Below are positions 22,501 to 34,500 of a stretch of DNA of 64,000 nucleotides, piece by piece. A program made the position numbers and the translations under genes. This DNA comes from Lama guanicoe (lineage: Eukaryota): NCBI GenBank assembly GCA_013239625.1, contig MU056756.1:806001-870000 (forward strand), given 5' to 3'. The notes under the pieces are model-generated. The model was not told the origin of the DNA and did no database searches. It was given only the letters and a program-made list of their open reading frames with translations. Numbering within the stretch: position 1 is the first letter of the stretch; each line of letters begins with the position of its first letter.

Positions 22501-25500
22501 TGCGGGGCGCGTGGGGGCAGCCGCTGATTCTGGGGTGTAAACAGGAAGAGAGCTCTCAGGGACAGACCTGAAGTGTCCTCTGGAGATTTTGCCTGAATGC
22601 GTCTGAAGTCAGGGATTAACCTCCAGCCGCGCTACAAAGGCTCGGGGAGAAGTGTGTGTATATGCCGCACTTCCCAGGTGGCTCTGTCTCCTGAAGTCCA
22701 CGTACACTGCAGTTTGTGGAAGCCAGCATTTGGACAGCACCGGCTGTGCCGGTGGAGGCAGCCTCCTGCCGCAGTGGCCGAGCGTGCATGGGACACGGGC
22801 GCGGGCGACGGACGCGCCGCGTACGCCGACCAGACTGACGTGCTTGGTGTTCTCTGCTCTTCTCTTTATCGCTGAAGCTGTGAAGTGGGAACTGACAACT
22901 GGGTTCAGTGCAACGACGCCCCTGTAAAAATCTGTAAATACCCGGTGACCGGCCTCTTGGAAGGAAGGTCGTACATCTTCCGCGTGCGGGCCGTCAACAG
23001 CGCTGGCACCAGCCGGCCGTCCAGAGTCTCGGAGGCTGTGGCCGCCCTCGACCCCCTGGACCTCAAAAGGCTGCATGGTAGGTGGCCGAGATTTCAGGTT
23101 TCCGGCAGCTTTGTGCAACTGTTCTCTCTCTTCCCCCTAGCTTGTGTGCGAGCCTGGAGAGCATCTCCAGGGCTGAGCCGCACCTCGGGGTCCCCCGTGT
23201 GGCCACCAAGGCCACGTTAGTGGTGGGGACAGCCAGGCTGACACTTAGACTTTGAAGCGAAGGGGCTTCAGACATCTTTCCAAGGCTCTTCACGGAGTCC
23301 AGTTTAAACTGGTTCAGAACTTGACTTTTTTCAGTCCATCGATGTTGCCATTTCAACACACGATGAGGCTCAGAAGGCGCTGAAGCCAAGCCCCTTAATG
23401 TCACTGGCCGCAGATTCCTCAACGGGATCGGACCCTTACTTGTGGTTCTGGGTCAATCCGTGCGCTGTCCTCACCTGCGTGGCCTGAGAAGACCTGAGAA
23501 GCACCAGGTGCCTTTAAGGCGTCTTCCAAGGCGTCAGCCCTGGTTCTGCCAGAGCTGCACGGACGCCGCGGTCAGGCTGCAAGGGGAGTCGGACCTCGTC
23601 CCGGGGAAAGCGGCTGTTTTCTGTAGGAACCTTTGCACCTCAAATTCAGCACCACCCTTTCTCTCCGCAGCAGCCCACCTGGGGGGACACAAGGAAACGG
23701 TAACCTATCAGGATGACCTCGAAGGTAAGGAACTCTTCCCCGTCCCTGCAGCTGCGTATGCCCCGGGGATTAGGGCTTTGTGATTAGGGAAGCAAGACGG
23801 AGGGAAAACACCCATGAGGTGGGTTCACTCTTCTGTGTAAAAATCAAAACTGCAGGTCAGGCTTCAGGGCTCGCAGGGCAGAGGGTGGGAGCGAGAGCAG
23901 GAGTTGGCGTCAGCGGAGTTGCGGCCGCGTCCCCGCGTGTGTGTGTGTGTGTGTGTGTATGTGTGTGGGGGGGTCACCCGCGCTCCCTGGGGACTTACAG
24001 AGACGTGACCAGACGGACTCTGGAACGTGATTCCTGGCCGAGGCCGCGGTCCCTTCTCCCAGACGCCACTGCTAGAATAGTATTTGCTTTTATTTTTTTA
24101 AGCAAAAAAATGTATTTTAACTGAAAGGGATTAATCTTTCCTGCCAAATAATGTCCCTGTGGCTCGAAAGTTTGCGTTTCCTTTTTGATACTGGATTTTA
24201 TGACCACTTCTCTTTAATATTTCTTCCCAAGAGAGAAAGCTCGGAAGGTGGGTTTCCTGAGAAGGGGAATCCAGCATCATTAACCAGAAGGCCGGAGATT
24301 TTAGTTGCACTTATAATCTGCATTCATAGAGGACGAGGGAAAACTTAAAAATTAAAAAAAAGACTTAATTTGGAGCCACTGTCCCAGGAGAGGTACTTCT
24401 GAGTTCTTTAAAATTGCAGCTGGCCTGGGGAGATGGTTCTCTCCCCAGAGAGCCGCAGAGTCGGAGGAGGCCAGAGGCTGACATTCACATTTACCCCCGA
24501 GTGGCATCCAGACCTCGTATCACCTGCCCCGTAAAGACGTTTCTCCAGGATCTTGAGAAGAACATGTAATTCTCTGAGGAGCATCCTTTATGGGTTCTGG
24601 TTAAAGTCTTGGTTAAAACCTTCACTTCCAGAAAGTCCCAGAACCTGGGAGAGACGCCCAGTAAGTGAGAGACGAAAGGAAACCCTCGGGAAAGGCTGAC
24701 GTGGTGACGTCCTAAATGGCTGATTAGGGCGGATGTTTGAATGAATAAAAAACAGCCCCTGGTGTCTGGGAGAGGCGCTGCTGCGACAGGTCGGCCTGGG
24801 CGAAACAGACATTTCTGACACGAGAGAGGGAAGGGGGGCGCCTTCCCCCTCTGACGGGTCCTTGAGGAGAGCAGCCACCTCAGTTACCTGGGCGGGCAGG
24901 TCGGAACGCAAACCGGGTGAGAATGACCTGAAGCGAGAAGGCGTGAACTGGTCTGTAAACACTGCACCCCTGCGGCGAGCCTGCGCGCTGCGAAGGTCAC
25001 TGTGAAAAGCCGCGGGGGCGAGGTCGCGTGACCCGACACCCCTTTCCAGGGGGGGAACGGTGCCCTTTCGGGGATCGCTTCATACGTGAAGATGATACAG
25101 CCGGTATAAATAGCCCGCCATTCATGGAGGGCCAAATAAAGAGATAACACGTTTGCAAGGCCTTGTTTTCCGACAGCTACGATGGAAGTTTGTCTTACAC
25201 AACAGAGCTTGTTTCCGCCTGGAACAGAGTCTCAGCTAACACCTCCCACGTGTCGTCTCTCTTTTTCTTTCTCGTAAGCAGCCAGGGCTTCTGGTTGCCT
25301 GGGCCCGTGACTTCCTGCTGTTGGATGATTTCCTGAACGTGGTGGCTTTACAGCCACGTTCTGGGAGATGTTTCTGAGGCTCTGTTTGCGTAGCTGGTCG
25401 TGAAAGGCCGAGGCTCAGGCACTCAGATGGAAACTCAGTTGCCTTGGGACGTTGGCACGGCCCGGAGTGCAGCCCCACAGGCCTTCAGCTCCCCGTGCGA

Positions 25501-28500
25501 GGCTGTGCCTGCGGGGCTCGGCCGCGGCCGCGGTCTAGAACAAACCAGGTGTGAAGTTTAATACCCTAACCCTGAGACGGGGGTCGGAACGTTCATCTGT
25601 TTGCTCACTTTAAGCAACAAATACCTCTTCCAGTCAATACAGATCTTCATAGAGACAGAAACTCCGTAACGTTTTCAAGGAAACCGTGTCTCGGTTCAGA
25701 TGTGCTGTAGGAATTTCTGCCTTTTCTGTCCATATCTCTTTTCTTCATCTAAGCTTAGCTTCCTCTCTCAGTGCTGTTTTGGCCAGAAAAAGAACTGGCA
25801 AATGCCATTTGTGTTAATGAAGGAGAGACATTTCTTTTGTTGGCTCAGAAGTCGCTCCTTTGCTATTTCATGTTTTTTTGGCCGAATTTTCATCATCATT
25901 TAAATCTTGGTGAGTGTCTTCCTGCAAACATTTAAATTGCTATCCAAGCTTCTCTCTTAATGTCATCCAACATTTCCAGTCTTCCTTGAGCTGCTTCATG
26001 GAAAAGTGGACGTCCCGTCTGGGGAAGGATCAGAACGGCTCCCGCAGACGCGATGGGATTGTCTTTGTCCCAGCGGCAGATCCAGGCAGTCGCCGTCCTG
26101 CCCTGGACAAGGCCGTCTGCGGCTAGCACGCTGAATCCATCATTTGCTCTGAATGCCACAAACTCATTTATAGCTGTTCCTTCTCTCGAATTCTGTCATC
26201 TTGGGCATTCTAAAACTTCCAAAGAAACTTCGTGTTTCATTGACTTAGAGAAGCGTCTCCTGGCGGGCTGTGGAGGCTGGGGCATCCTGGAGCTGACAGA
26301 ACAGGAAGCTGGCTTTGGAATCAGAAGACTTGGGCAAGGACCCCAGCTCAACCGCCCACTAGCCATGTGATCTGAGGAAGCCCAGCGTTTCCCTGAGCTC
26401 CGTTCTGAGCTCCACGTCCATTTCATGTTTCCATTTCCGGCTGGTACTGACGTGACTCGTTAGGACAGGGCTCCAGAGAAGCACGGTGACCCAGAGGCAG
26501 AGGCCAAGGGCAGAGCCGGTGCTGCGGTCAGCACACAGGGAGAGCGTTTGGCTGTTCCCTCTCATTCTGTTTTGCCTCCATCTGCTGAGTCTCCTCTCAG
26601 CTGTGGGAGTGTTGGTGACGGACGTCAGCGTATCTCCGTGGCCCCACTGGGCTCCCCAGGGCCAACTTGAATCCCCTCCTCTTCCATTCGGGGCTGGGGT
26701 CGCCTGCAGACCCGAGGCTCATGCTAGTGCACAGCCCAAGGTCTGAACACAAGCATCTCACTCCGATCGGGGTCTCCCTGCGGACAGAAACGATTTTCTT
26801 CCTTGTTGCCGTGGCCTCGGATTCAGTGCCCTTAGTTCTGTTTCCCGGGGCCAGGAAGTTGTGAGCCAGGTCTGCAAACAGCCAGGCATTCAGGGCTGAC
26901 CTTGCGGGAGAGGTGCTTCTGCCTCCGACTCCCCCAGCTCAGGCTGCTTTTGTCACCTGCCTGGCTTCCTCCTGTCCCCTCGGTTTGTTCCTGTGCCATC
27001 TGGTACCTCTGAAGTGGACCCCGGCTGCGTTCTGGAGCTTGGCCGCGTGACCCTGGTGGATTTCCTGTGTCTTCTCCCCTTCGTGCCTCCCTGGTCTCCT
27101 TAGGTGTGGACGCGGCACGCAGATCCGCCCGGTACACTTGGCATTTTTCTGGAGACACCCTGGCTCCTTGCTTGAAATCCAACCCACTTGCCAGGATGCT
27201 CCTGGATAAGACCAGGCCTGCTTCGACGCCCGCGTCGCCCGTAAAATGTGATGAGCTCAGTAACAGGACTCTTATGAAATGAAACCCCGGCTTGTTTGCG
27301 CTGTTTCCATGCGGCTGTTCAGTTTCTTGCTGGCGGCAGAGTCTGGAGGGAGCAACTGGATATCGAGCAGGGCTCAGAGATGTCCTGGGGACGTTTGAAC
27401 CGTTTTAATCATGTGCTAATCTAATTGGAAGCTCATAATATTTTGTATTGCAATTACTGGGACCGCAGGTCTGGAAAACCTCCACCCCTTATGAGGAGTT
27501 CTCATAGGCTAACTTAACACCCCAGACACCCAACGTTGTATTAAAAAGCGTCATGTGTCAGAAGAGAGGGCTGGCAGGCCTCTCTGATGCAAATGTTTTA
27601 TCACAGTTACTTGCAAAAGACTCACTGATGTCATTCAGGAATCCCAAGTGCACAGGCAGAGACAACGAAGCTTGCGACTGTGGGGCAGGTCTTCCCAGGG
27701 CAGGAAGAGCAACGTGCTTCACGAGCTGATGGATTGTTTCAGTGCTCTGAGGGCACCGTTAAGGGGAACAGCCAGCGAGGGTCGTGGCGGAGCGCACAGT
27801 CAGTCGGGCAAGGCGCTCCCACTGCAGAGCACGGTTGCCAGCGCCGTCCCTGCACCAGCTCCCCGTGCAGTCAGAGCCCCAGTCTGGTTAAATGTCCTGC
27901 TTCCTCTGGGTGAATCCCTCCCCACGTCCAGCTGAAATTCTGGATGGGTTTTGATTAGATTCTTCCATGTGAACTGGCTTGGTGGTCTTTATCAGTTCAT
28001 GACACTCGAGCTCTGGAGAAACAGGCCTTGCCATTGGCTGCTTTCCCCAAATAGAAACAAAGCACAGGACGGTGGGCCCGAGCGCCCTTCAGCGTCGGGA
28101 CGTGCCCGGGGGCGGTGCCCGACGGTGGCCGCCGCCGCGCGCCGGGTTCTTCCAGCCCTCACTCAGTTTGTTCCTCCTCCAGGCGAAGTGCAGATTCCAG
28201 CACCTCCCACCAACGTGCACGTCTCAGAAACCAGCAGGACGTATGTCGTCCTCAGCTGGGACCCCCCTGCTCACCGGGGCAAGGACCCGCTGATGTATTT
28301 CATTGAGAAGGTACTCCCGGGCCGGGGCTCCGGAACCGGCGAATCTGTCGGATTTCCTGTTATGCTGTTTGTGGGTTTTAAGGTTGAGCAGCGGTCAAAT
28401 CCATCACCACAGAGACTCTGTCACTGTTGTTTAATAAGAAGCTGTGGGCGCTGGCCGACCGGGACCCCCTGCGGAGCCCTGCAAAGGGAGTGTGTCCCAG

Positions 28501-31500
28501 CGCGGGGCCCCCATACCCGGAGCACCCGTACCCGGGGCACACGGGGCACCTGGGGCACACGGGGTACCCGGGGCACACGGGGCACACAGGGAGCCACACT
28601 GAGGGGCTGTCGCTCTCTTCCGGCTGAAGCTCTCTGGGCTCCCGAGTCTGAGAGTTCTGTGAGGTGGGGAGGCAGACAGCGGCCCTGCTCGCAGAGTGTC
28701 CGTGAGCCCAGCGGACACTTGGTGGCGACCTCATAGAGGAATTCACCCTTCAGAGGGTGGATGGTTACACGGACTCATGGTTTGGAGACTTCTTAGATCT
28801 GGACGCACATGAAGAAACTGTGTTGCAGCCTGCACACACACACACACGCACACACGCACAGTTCACGTACATAACCAACAAACTCCACACACGGTTCCCT
28901 CACTACACGCTGCGTGCTCTCTCCCGCCTTAGCCTGTCCTGTTGCACAAAGTGCAGGTGTGACTCACTCATTCAAACTGGTGACCCGTGATTGGGTTGTG
29001 GGCCGTTGCTGGAAACCCTTTTTGGTTTTGTGGGTCTACACTTACATTACAACGTAATATATACAGCCCAGCATATGTAACATGCACACGAAGACGAGCT
29101 GGATACGGGCACCTGACCTACGGCAGCAGCGTTCACACAACGGGGGGAAGCCAAGGTGGGTGGAAATGACAGGGGTTCAGGCCCCAAGAGGAGCAACGAC
29201 CCTCAACTTTCCCCACCTTCTGCGAGGCTCGCTTGTGTTACCGTCTCACTAACTAACTTGCGGTGTCTGCGTTACGAGAGTCCGGGTGGTTAGCCAGGTG
29301 CAGCAGTGGCGTCTCGGCCCTCTTGAGGGGAGGCTCCCTGTCCACTGCCGCGCCGGGGAGAGCAGGCGCCAGCACACACGCGCGGGCTCCCGGAAGCGTC
29401 TCACTGGGTGTCGCTGGCATCTGGCGCTGTCAGCTTCAGGGGAGTGTGCGGTGAGCTGGCGGCCTGCACGCGGGGAGCCCCCATCACCAAGCCCGTCTCT
29501 TGCAGTCCGTCGTGGGGAGCGGGAGCTGGCAGCGGGTGAACGCCCAGACGGCCGTCAGGTCCCCCCGGTACGCCGTCTTCGATCTCGCCGACGGGAAATC
29601 CTATGTGTTCCGAGTTTTGTCGGCAAACAAGCACGGTCTGAGCGACCCGTCGGAAATCACTGCCCCCGTTCAGGCCCAGGACACCATCGGTGAGTCGTCC
29701 TGGCGGGAGGCCAGGCTGTGGGACGGCTTCGCCCACGTCCATAGAGACCCGCTGTCGCACGTGCGCCAAAATCCACGCCTCTAAGTGCCTTTATGAGAGG
29801 ATGGTCTCCCTGCCGCTTTGGTCCGTTGTCAGCACTTCTCCAGAGTCCTGTCTTCTTTGCATGAAACTAATAAACGGGTTAGAAATATTCTGAAACGACT
29901 ACTTAAAAAAAACGGCCTCACCTAAACACACTCGGGTTTCCGGCCCGTGTGGCTTGGCGCTCCCTCCCTGAAGACGTCAAACACGGACAGCAGAGATTCG
30001 GAATCGCATGGGGGGGAACCCAGCGTCAAATCTTGGTTTGATTTTTTTTTTTGGTGGGGAGGCAATTTTTTTCTCACAGAGGTGCTGGGGATTGACCCCA
30101 GGACCTCGTGTATGCGGAGCACGCGCTCTAGCGCTGAGCTGCGCCCTCCCCCCAGGTTTGATTTTGAGTCCCCTGCAGAGTCCCTCGAATCTGATAAGCA
30201 CCTATGCTCTTAAAATGGGTCACTTTACATCCCAGATTGTCACTTCCCAGGTAGCAGAGCATGGGTGTCACTGGAGGATCCTCGGCGACGGTTCCAGGGC
30301 AGGTGCAGGGCTTCTGGGAGCGGAATTCCTTTCTGTGGGGGCCAGGCTGGGGCCTGGGGGACAGAGGGGACCGGGGACCGTCCAGCACCTCCTGTGTACC
30401 TTCTGGCTCTCAGCACCGCCCCCACTTCCCTGTGCCGCCCTCCTTTGTCCAAATCTCATCTAAAGCCCTGAACCCTGTGGACAAGAGGGCCTGCGGGTGT
30501 CTGTGTGCCCCCAAACTTACCGTGTCACTGTCTCCTCTGCCCAGCGGTCCCCTCGGCCCCCGGCCGCGTCCTGGCTTCGCGAAACACCAAGACGTCGGTC
30601 GTGGTGCAGTGGGACAGGCCCAAGCACGAGGAGGACCTGCTGGGCTACTACGTGGACTGCTGCGTGGCCGGGTCCAAAGTCTGGGAGCCTTGTAACCACA
30701 AGCCCATCGGCTACAACAGGTGCTGCCCCCGGCCCCTCCCCGCCTTCCCGAGGCCGGCGGCCTTGCCTGGAGTGCCGGCCGAGAAGCGGGTGCACGGGCC
30801 AGGGCGGGGACACCCGTGGCGTCGCGCCCCGAGTCTGTTTCCTCACCCGCACCCCAGGGGCGCCGGGATTAAAGCGGACCGACCGGCCAGGTCCTGCCCC
30901 TGGGCTGAAGTGGCCTGGCTGTTGATGGGAGGGGCAGCTCAGCCACACCAGTCCTGACAGTTAGCATTTAAGGCTTACGCTGAACAGGGGAGGCCACTGA
31001 GACGGGAAGGGTGTTTCATTTTTCTGTCTTGATTTTTCGAACTTTTTACATTGCCTTGTTGACCTGGTGGACAGTCCTGTCCAGCTGCACGGAGCTGGGG
31101 AGCGGTTCCGTGTGCGGTGGGGGCGGGCGTCTTTCCTCCCGGCGTGGATTTGCCCCATCCCACGCCGGGGGCGCAGGGATGGCCCGGGTCTGTTAGCCTT
31201 TCTCCAGGATGCGCCCTGAGGACAGCAGAGCAGCTGTCAGGTTCTCCACCGTGGAAGGTTATCAGTTATGGTTCAGGCGCCTTTCCCTCTTCACGCTTAT
31301 TAAAAAAAAAAAAAACGGGAAAAGCTGTGGCTGGAAAAGCAGCGAGGTGACGGAGGAGAACAGCAGTCAGCGGTTATTCACAGCCCTCGGCAGCAGAGGC
31401 AGGAGCAGCTGTCAGAGCAAAACGCTTAAAATACCATCCTAGTGCAGGAACTCGTAAATGGCTAAAGACTTACATAACCTCTGCTCGCGCTTACTGAGAA

Positions 31501-34500
31501 CTTGCCACCTGGGAGGCAGCTGTGCTGAGAAGTAGGTACTATGATCCCATTTTACAGACGGAAGGACGGAGTCTGTCAGAGGTCAGGCAGCTTGACTGAG
31601 GGCACAGAATCTCTTAGGTGTCCAGGCTGGTCTCCAAGCCTGTCCTGCCTTCAGAGTCAGCCTTTGGCCACTGCAGTGTAACACTCACTAAGTTTTACGT
31701 GCGTGGGTTCTTTTAGGTAAGGAGTGGAATCTCACTTTGTAACGGAACTTTGATCCCAGGAAACCTGGCAGGTTCAGAATTGGAGGGGGAGCCCCAGAGC
31801 GAGGGGCTTCCACATCGCGTGTCCCACTCGGGATCCCCCAGGCTTGGCTCCCTGCCCCTCGGCCCTGGTCCAGCAGCCGGTGGCCCTCCTCTCTGAGTCT
31901 GGCTCCCTCCAGTGCCTGGTGTCACCCTGTTGCTGCCTTACTTTTGGACACGGTGTGTTGATTGCAATTAATGAACTAAAACTGAAAATAAAAATGACGT
32001 ATGTTACGCGTCTCTGAGGCACCCGAGGAGGACAGCGTCCTCTTAGCCCCGGTGCAAACGCTTTCATGGCGTGCTGGAGATGACCCCTGCTTCTGTGGTA
32101 GGAGGGCAGAGGCCGAGCCTCGCAGTCATGCCTCCGGTGCGTGTCTCCCGCAGGTTCGTGGTGCACGGCCTGACCACTGGCGAGCAGTACATCTTCCGTG
32201 TGAAGGCTGTCAACGCGGTCGGGACAAGTGAGAATTCGCAGGAGTCAGACGTCATAAAGGTCCAGGCCGCCCTCAGTGAGTAGCTGCCGGGCGGCTCCGC
32301 GCCGGGTTCGGGTTCTCCGCTACCCTGCAACTTCTGCATGAGGAAACACTTATGGTGCCGCTTGGAATGTCGCCGGGGGAAAGTGGACGTAAACTGTTGA
32401 TCAGGGAACGTGCGCTTCTGTGCAAACCTCCCATCCGTTGGCCGCTCGTCTGGGAAGTGCCAGTGAGGGAGGGAGAAACGATCACATGCGAATCAAATGC
32501 AAGTTAAACCCAGAAAATATTACTGGGGGTCACGCTTGTTGCCAAGCGCGCGTGCCCATGGTAAAGCGAGTGCTGGAGGGCACGACTGCCTCTTTTAAGA
32601 ACGGATGCTGACATGGAACATCGTGGCCTTTCTAGCTGTTCCTAGTTCAAGGGACTTTAAGAAATTCCAGAGAATTTCAAATGTTTATGTGGCTTAGTTC
32701 ATTAACAGTGGTCTTCAAAAGTTATTTGAAGTTTGAATTCCTGAGCAGTTTGGGTTCCAAGTTCCCAGGACAGGCCCTGGACAGCTTAATCTGTACGGCT
32801 CTGGGTTTTACAACTGATGCTCTGACTACTTCATATAAAACGCCCCCACGGCCTGAACGCCTTCAGGAACATCCTGAAACATGACCGTCTCAGACACGTG
32901 TTTTGAATTGCAGTGTCATCTTTTCACTCCTGGCAGAAATGTTCTGCTGTCTAGTTATTTTTGTCTCCAAAATCTAAAAGCGTCTCTGGAAATCACGACT
33001 TCTCCTCTAACGCAAAGGGAAGCGCTGTTCTGGGGCTCCCAGGGAGTCAGAGCTGACAAGCCTCGGGTGGGCAGCCTGGCGAAGCCTCAGCGGTTGCTCT
33101 GTTTTAAGGTCGTTACGCTAATCGATCGGTTTTCCCAGGAAGGACTTTCAGACATTACTGTTCGTCATTCTTACTAAAGAAAACCGATCACTGGCGTTTA
33201 GTTCTGTGGTGAGAACTGCTCGTTCGCGGTCACCTGTGTGTCAGGTACCGGAGGGTGACGCGTGCAGGCTACTCAGGGTCCAGGGGAGGCAGACACATCG
33301 TTTACAACCCACTAGGAAAAGGCAGTCCATTTCCAAATTAGGTGTTTGGAAAAGAAACGTGAATTCATCCCCTTTTGAATTAATCTGGTTTCTGTACCTA
33401 TGGAGGAAATGAGGACTCACGGGCCTAAATGCACTGGTCACCACTGGTCACCACTGGTCACGGGAGGTGGGGCTGTCGTTCCTCATGGGCGGGATGAGAA
33501 GCTCCTTCTCAAGGGCTTCCGTAGAGGATGGGGCGTCTGTGCTTTCAAACGTCCAGGTCAGATTTAGGTAATCCGTTGCCCTTGTGTTATTGAGATATTA
33601 GAGGAGGTGCGTGTGTGTGTGTGTGTGTATGTACTGGAAGGTGTGTTTAGAAATTGCAATAAATATATACAGAAGAAATTCAAAAAAATACTTTCTTCAA
33701 GAGAAGAGAGAAAACCAAGGGGCGGTGGTGAGCGGTGGGCAGGGACAGGCGAGGCGGTCTGGGGCCCGGGGCCGTCTCCCAGGGGCCGTCCGCTCCTCCG
33801 ACGCTGGAGCCGGCCCTGGAGGTCAGAGAACCCCGGGCTGAGGTCTCGGTGCCTTTCCGCTGTGTTTTCTGCAGCTGTCCCGTCCTATCCGTACGGGATC
33901 ACGCTTCTGAACTGTGACGGCCACGCCATGACCCTCGGCTGGAAAGTGCCGAAATTCAGCGGCGGCTCCCCCATCCTCGGTTACTACATCGACAAGCGCG
34001 AGGCTCACCACACAAACTGGCACGAGGTCAACTCTCTGCCTCTCAAGGAGAGGATCCTGACGGTGGGTGTTCGCGGACTCATTCCTTCTCGTCGGGTGGT
34101 TTCGGGTTTGGGGCAGAGTCCTCCATTGAGTGTTTCTGAGTTTGATGCCATTAGAGCGTCTGATACAGAAACAGAAACGGATTCTTAAAGCCGGGGCATC
34201 ACGGGGACTGGAGCTCTCAGAAAGCATCCTCTCTCTGAGAAGCGAAGGGGCAGGAGGGCCAGGCGGGCGGGCGCATTGCCAGGTGCCGAGCGGCGCCCAG
34301 GCCCCCAGCGCCGGGAGGGGATTCGTCCCCGGCAGGATGCGCGGGCGCAGAGCGTGGGCTCCACGGGAGGCAGGGTCCAGGCTCCCATTGAGTCCCTGCC
34401 CGGGTGCAGCTTGTCCGGGTGGCGGGAGTAGAAACAAGGATCTGGGGTCAAGCCCCCACAAGCCCTCGGCCGCCCGCGGCCAGCCGCTCTCGCCTCCACC

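Noticed and set aside
30046-30153. Possible tRNA gene
   Set aside because: Degenerate A and B boxes and stems, plus a non-tRNA tail, poly(A) and TSD, show it is a SINE.
30720-30957. In-frame read-through of the weak exon 16 donor (GTGCTG)
   Set aside because: It would cut FnIII My6 in half, and I saw no nearby canonical AATAAA signal.
4751-33461. CRISPR-like arrays at the short tandem repeats
   Set aside because: Units are directly adjacent with no unique spacers, and the DNA is mammalian.
32276-33874. EH-like alternative exon as in MYOM1
   Set aside because: I found no Ser/Pro-rich phase-1 cassette with good splice sites; MYOM2 is not known to have one.
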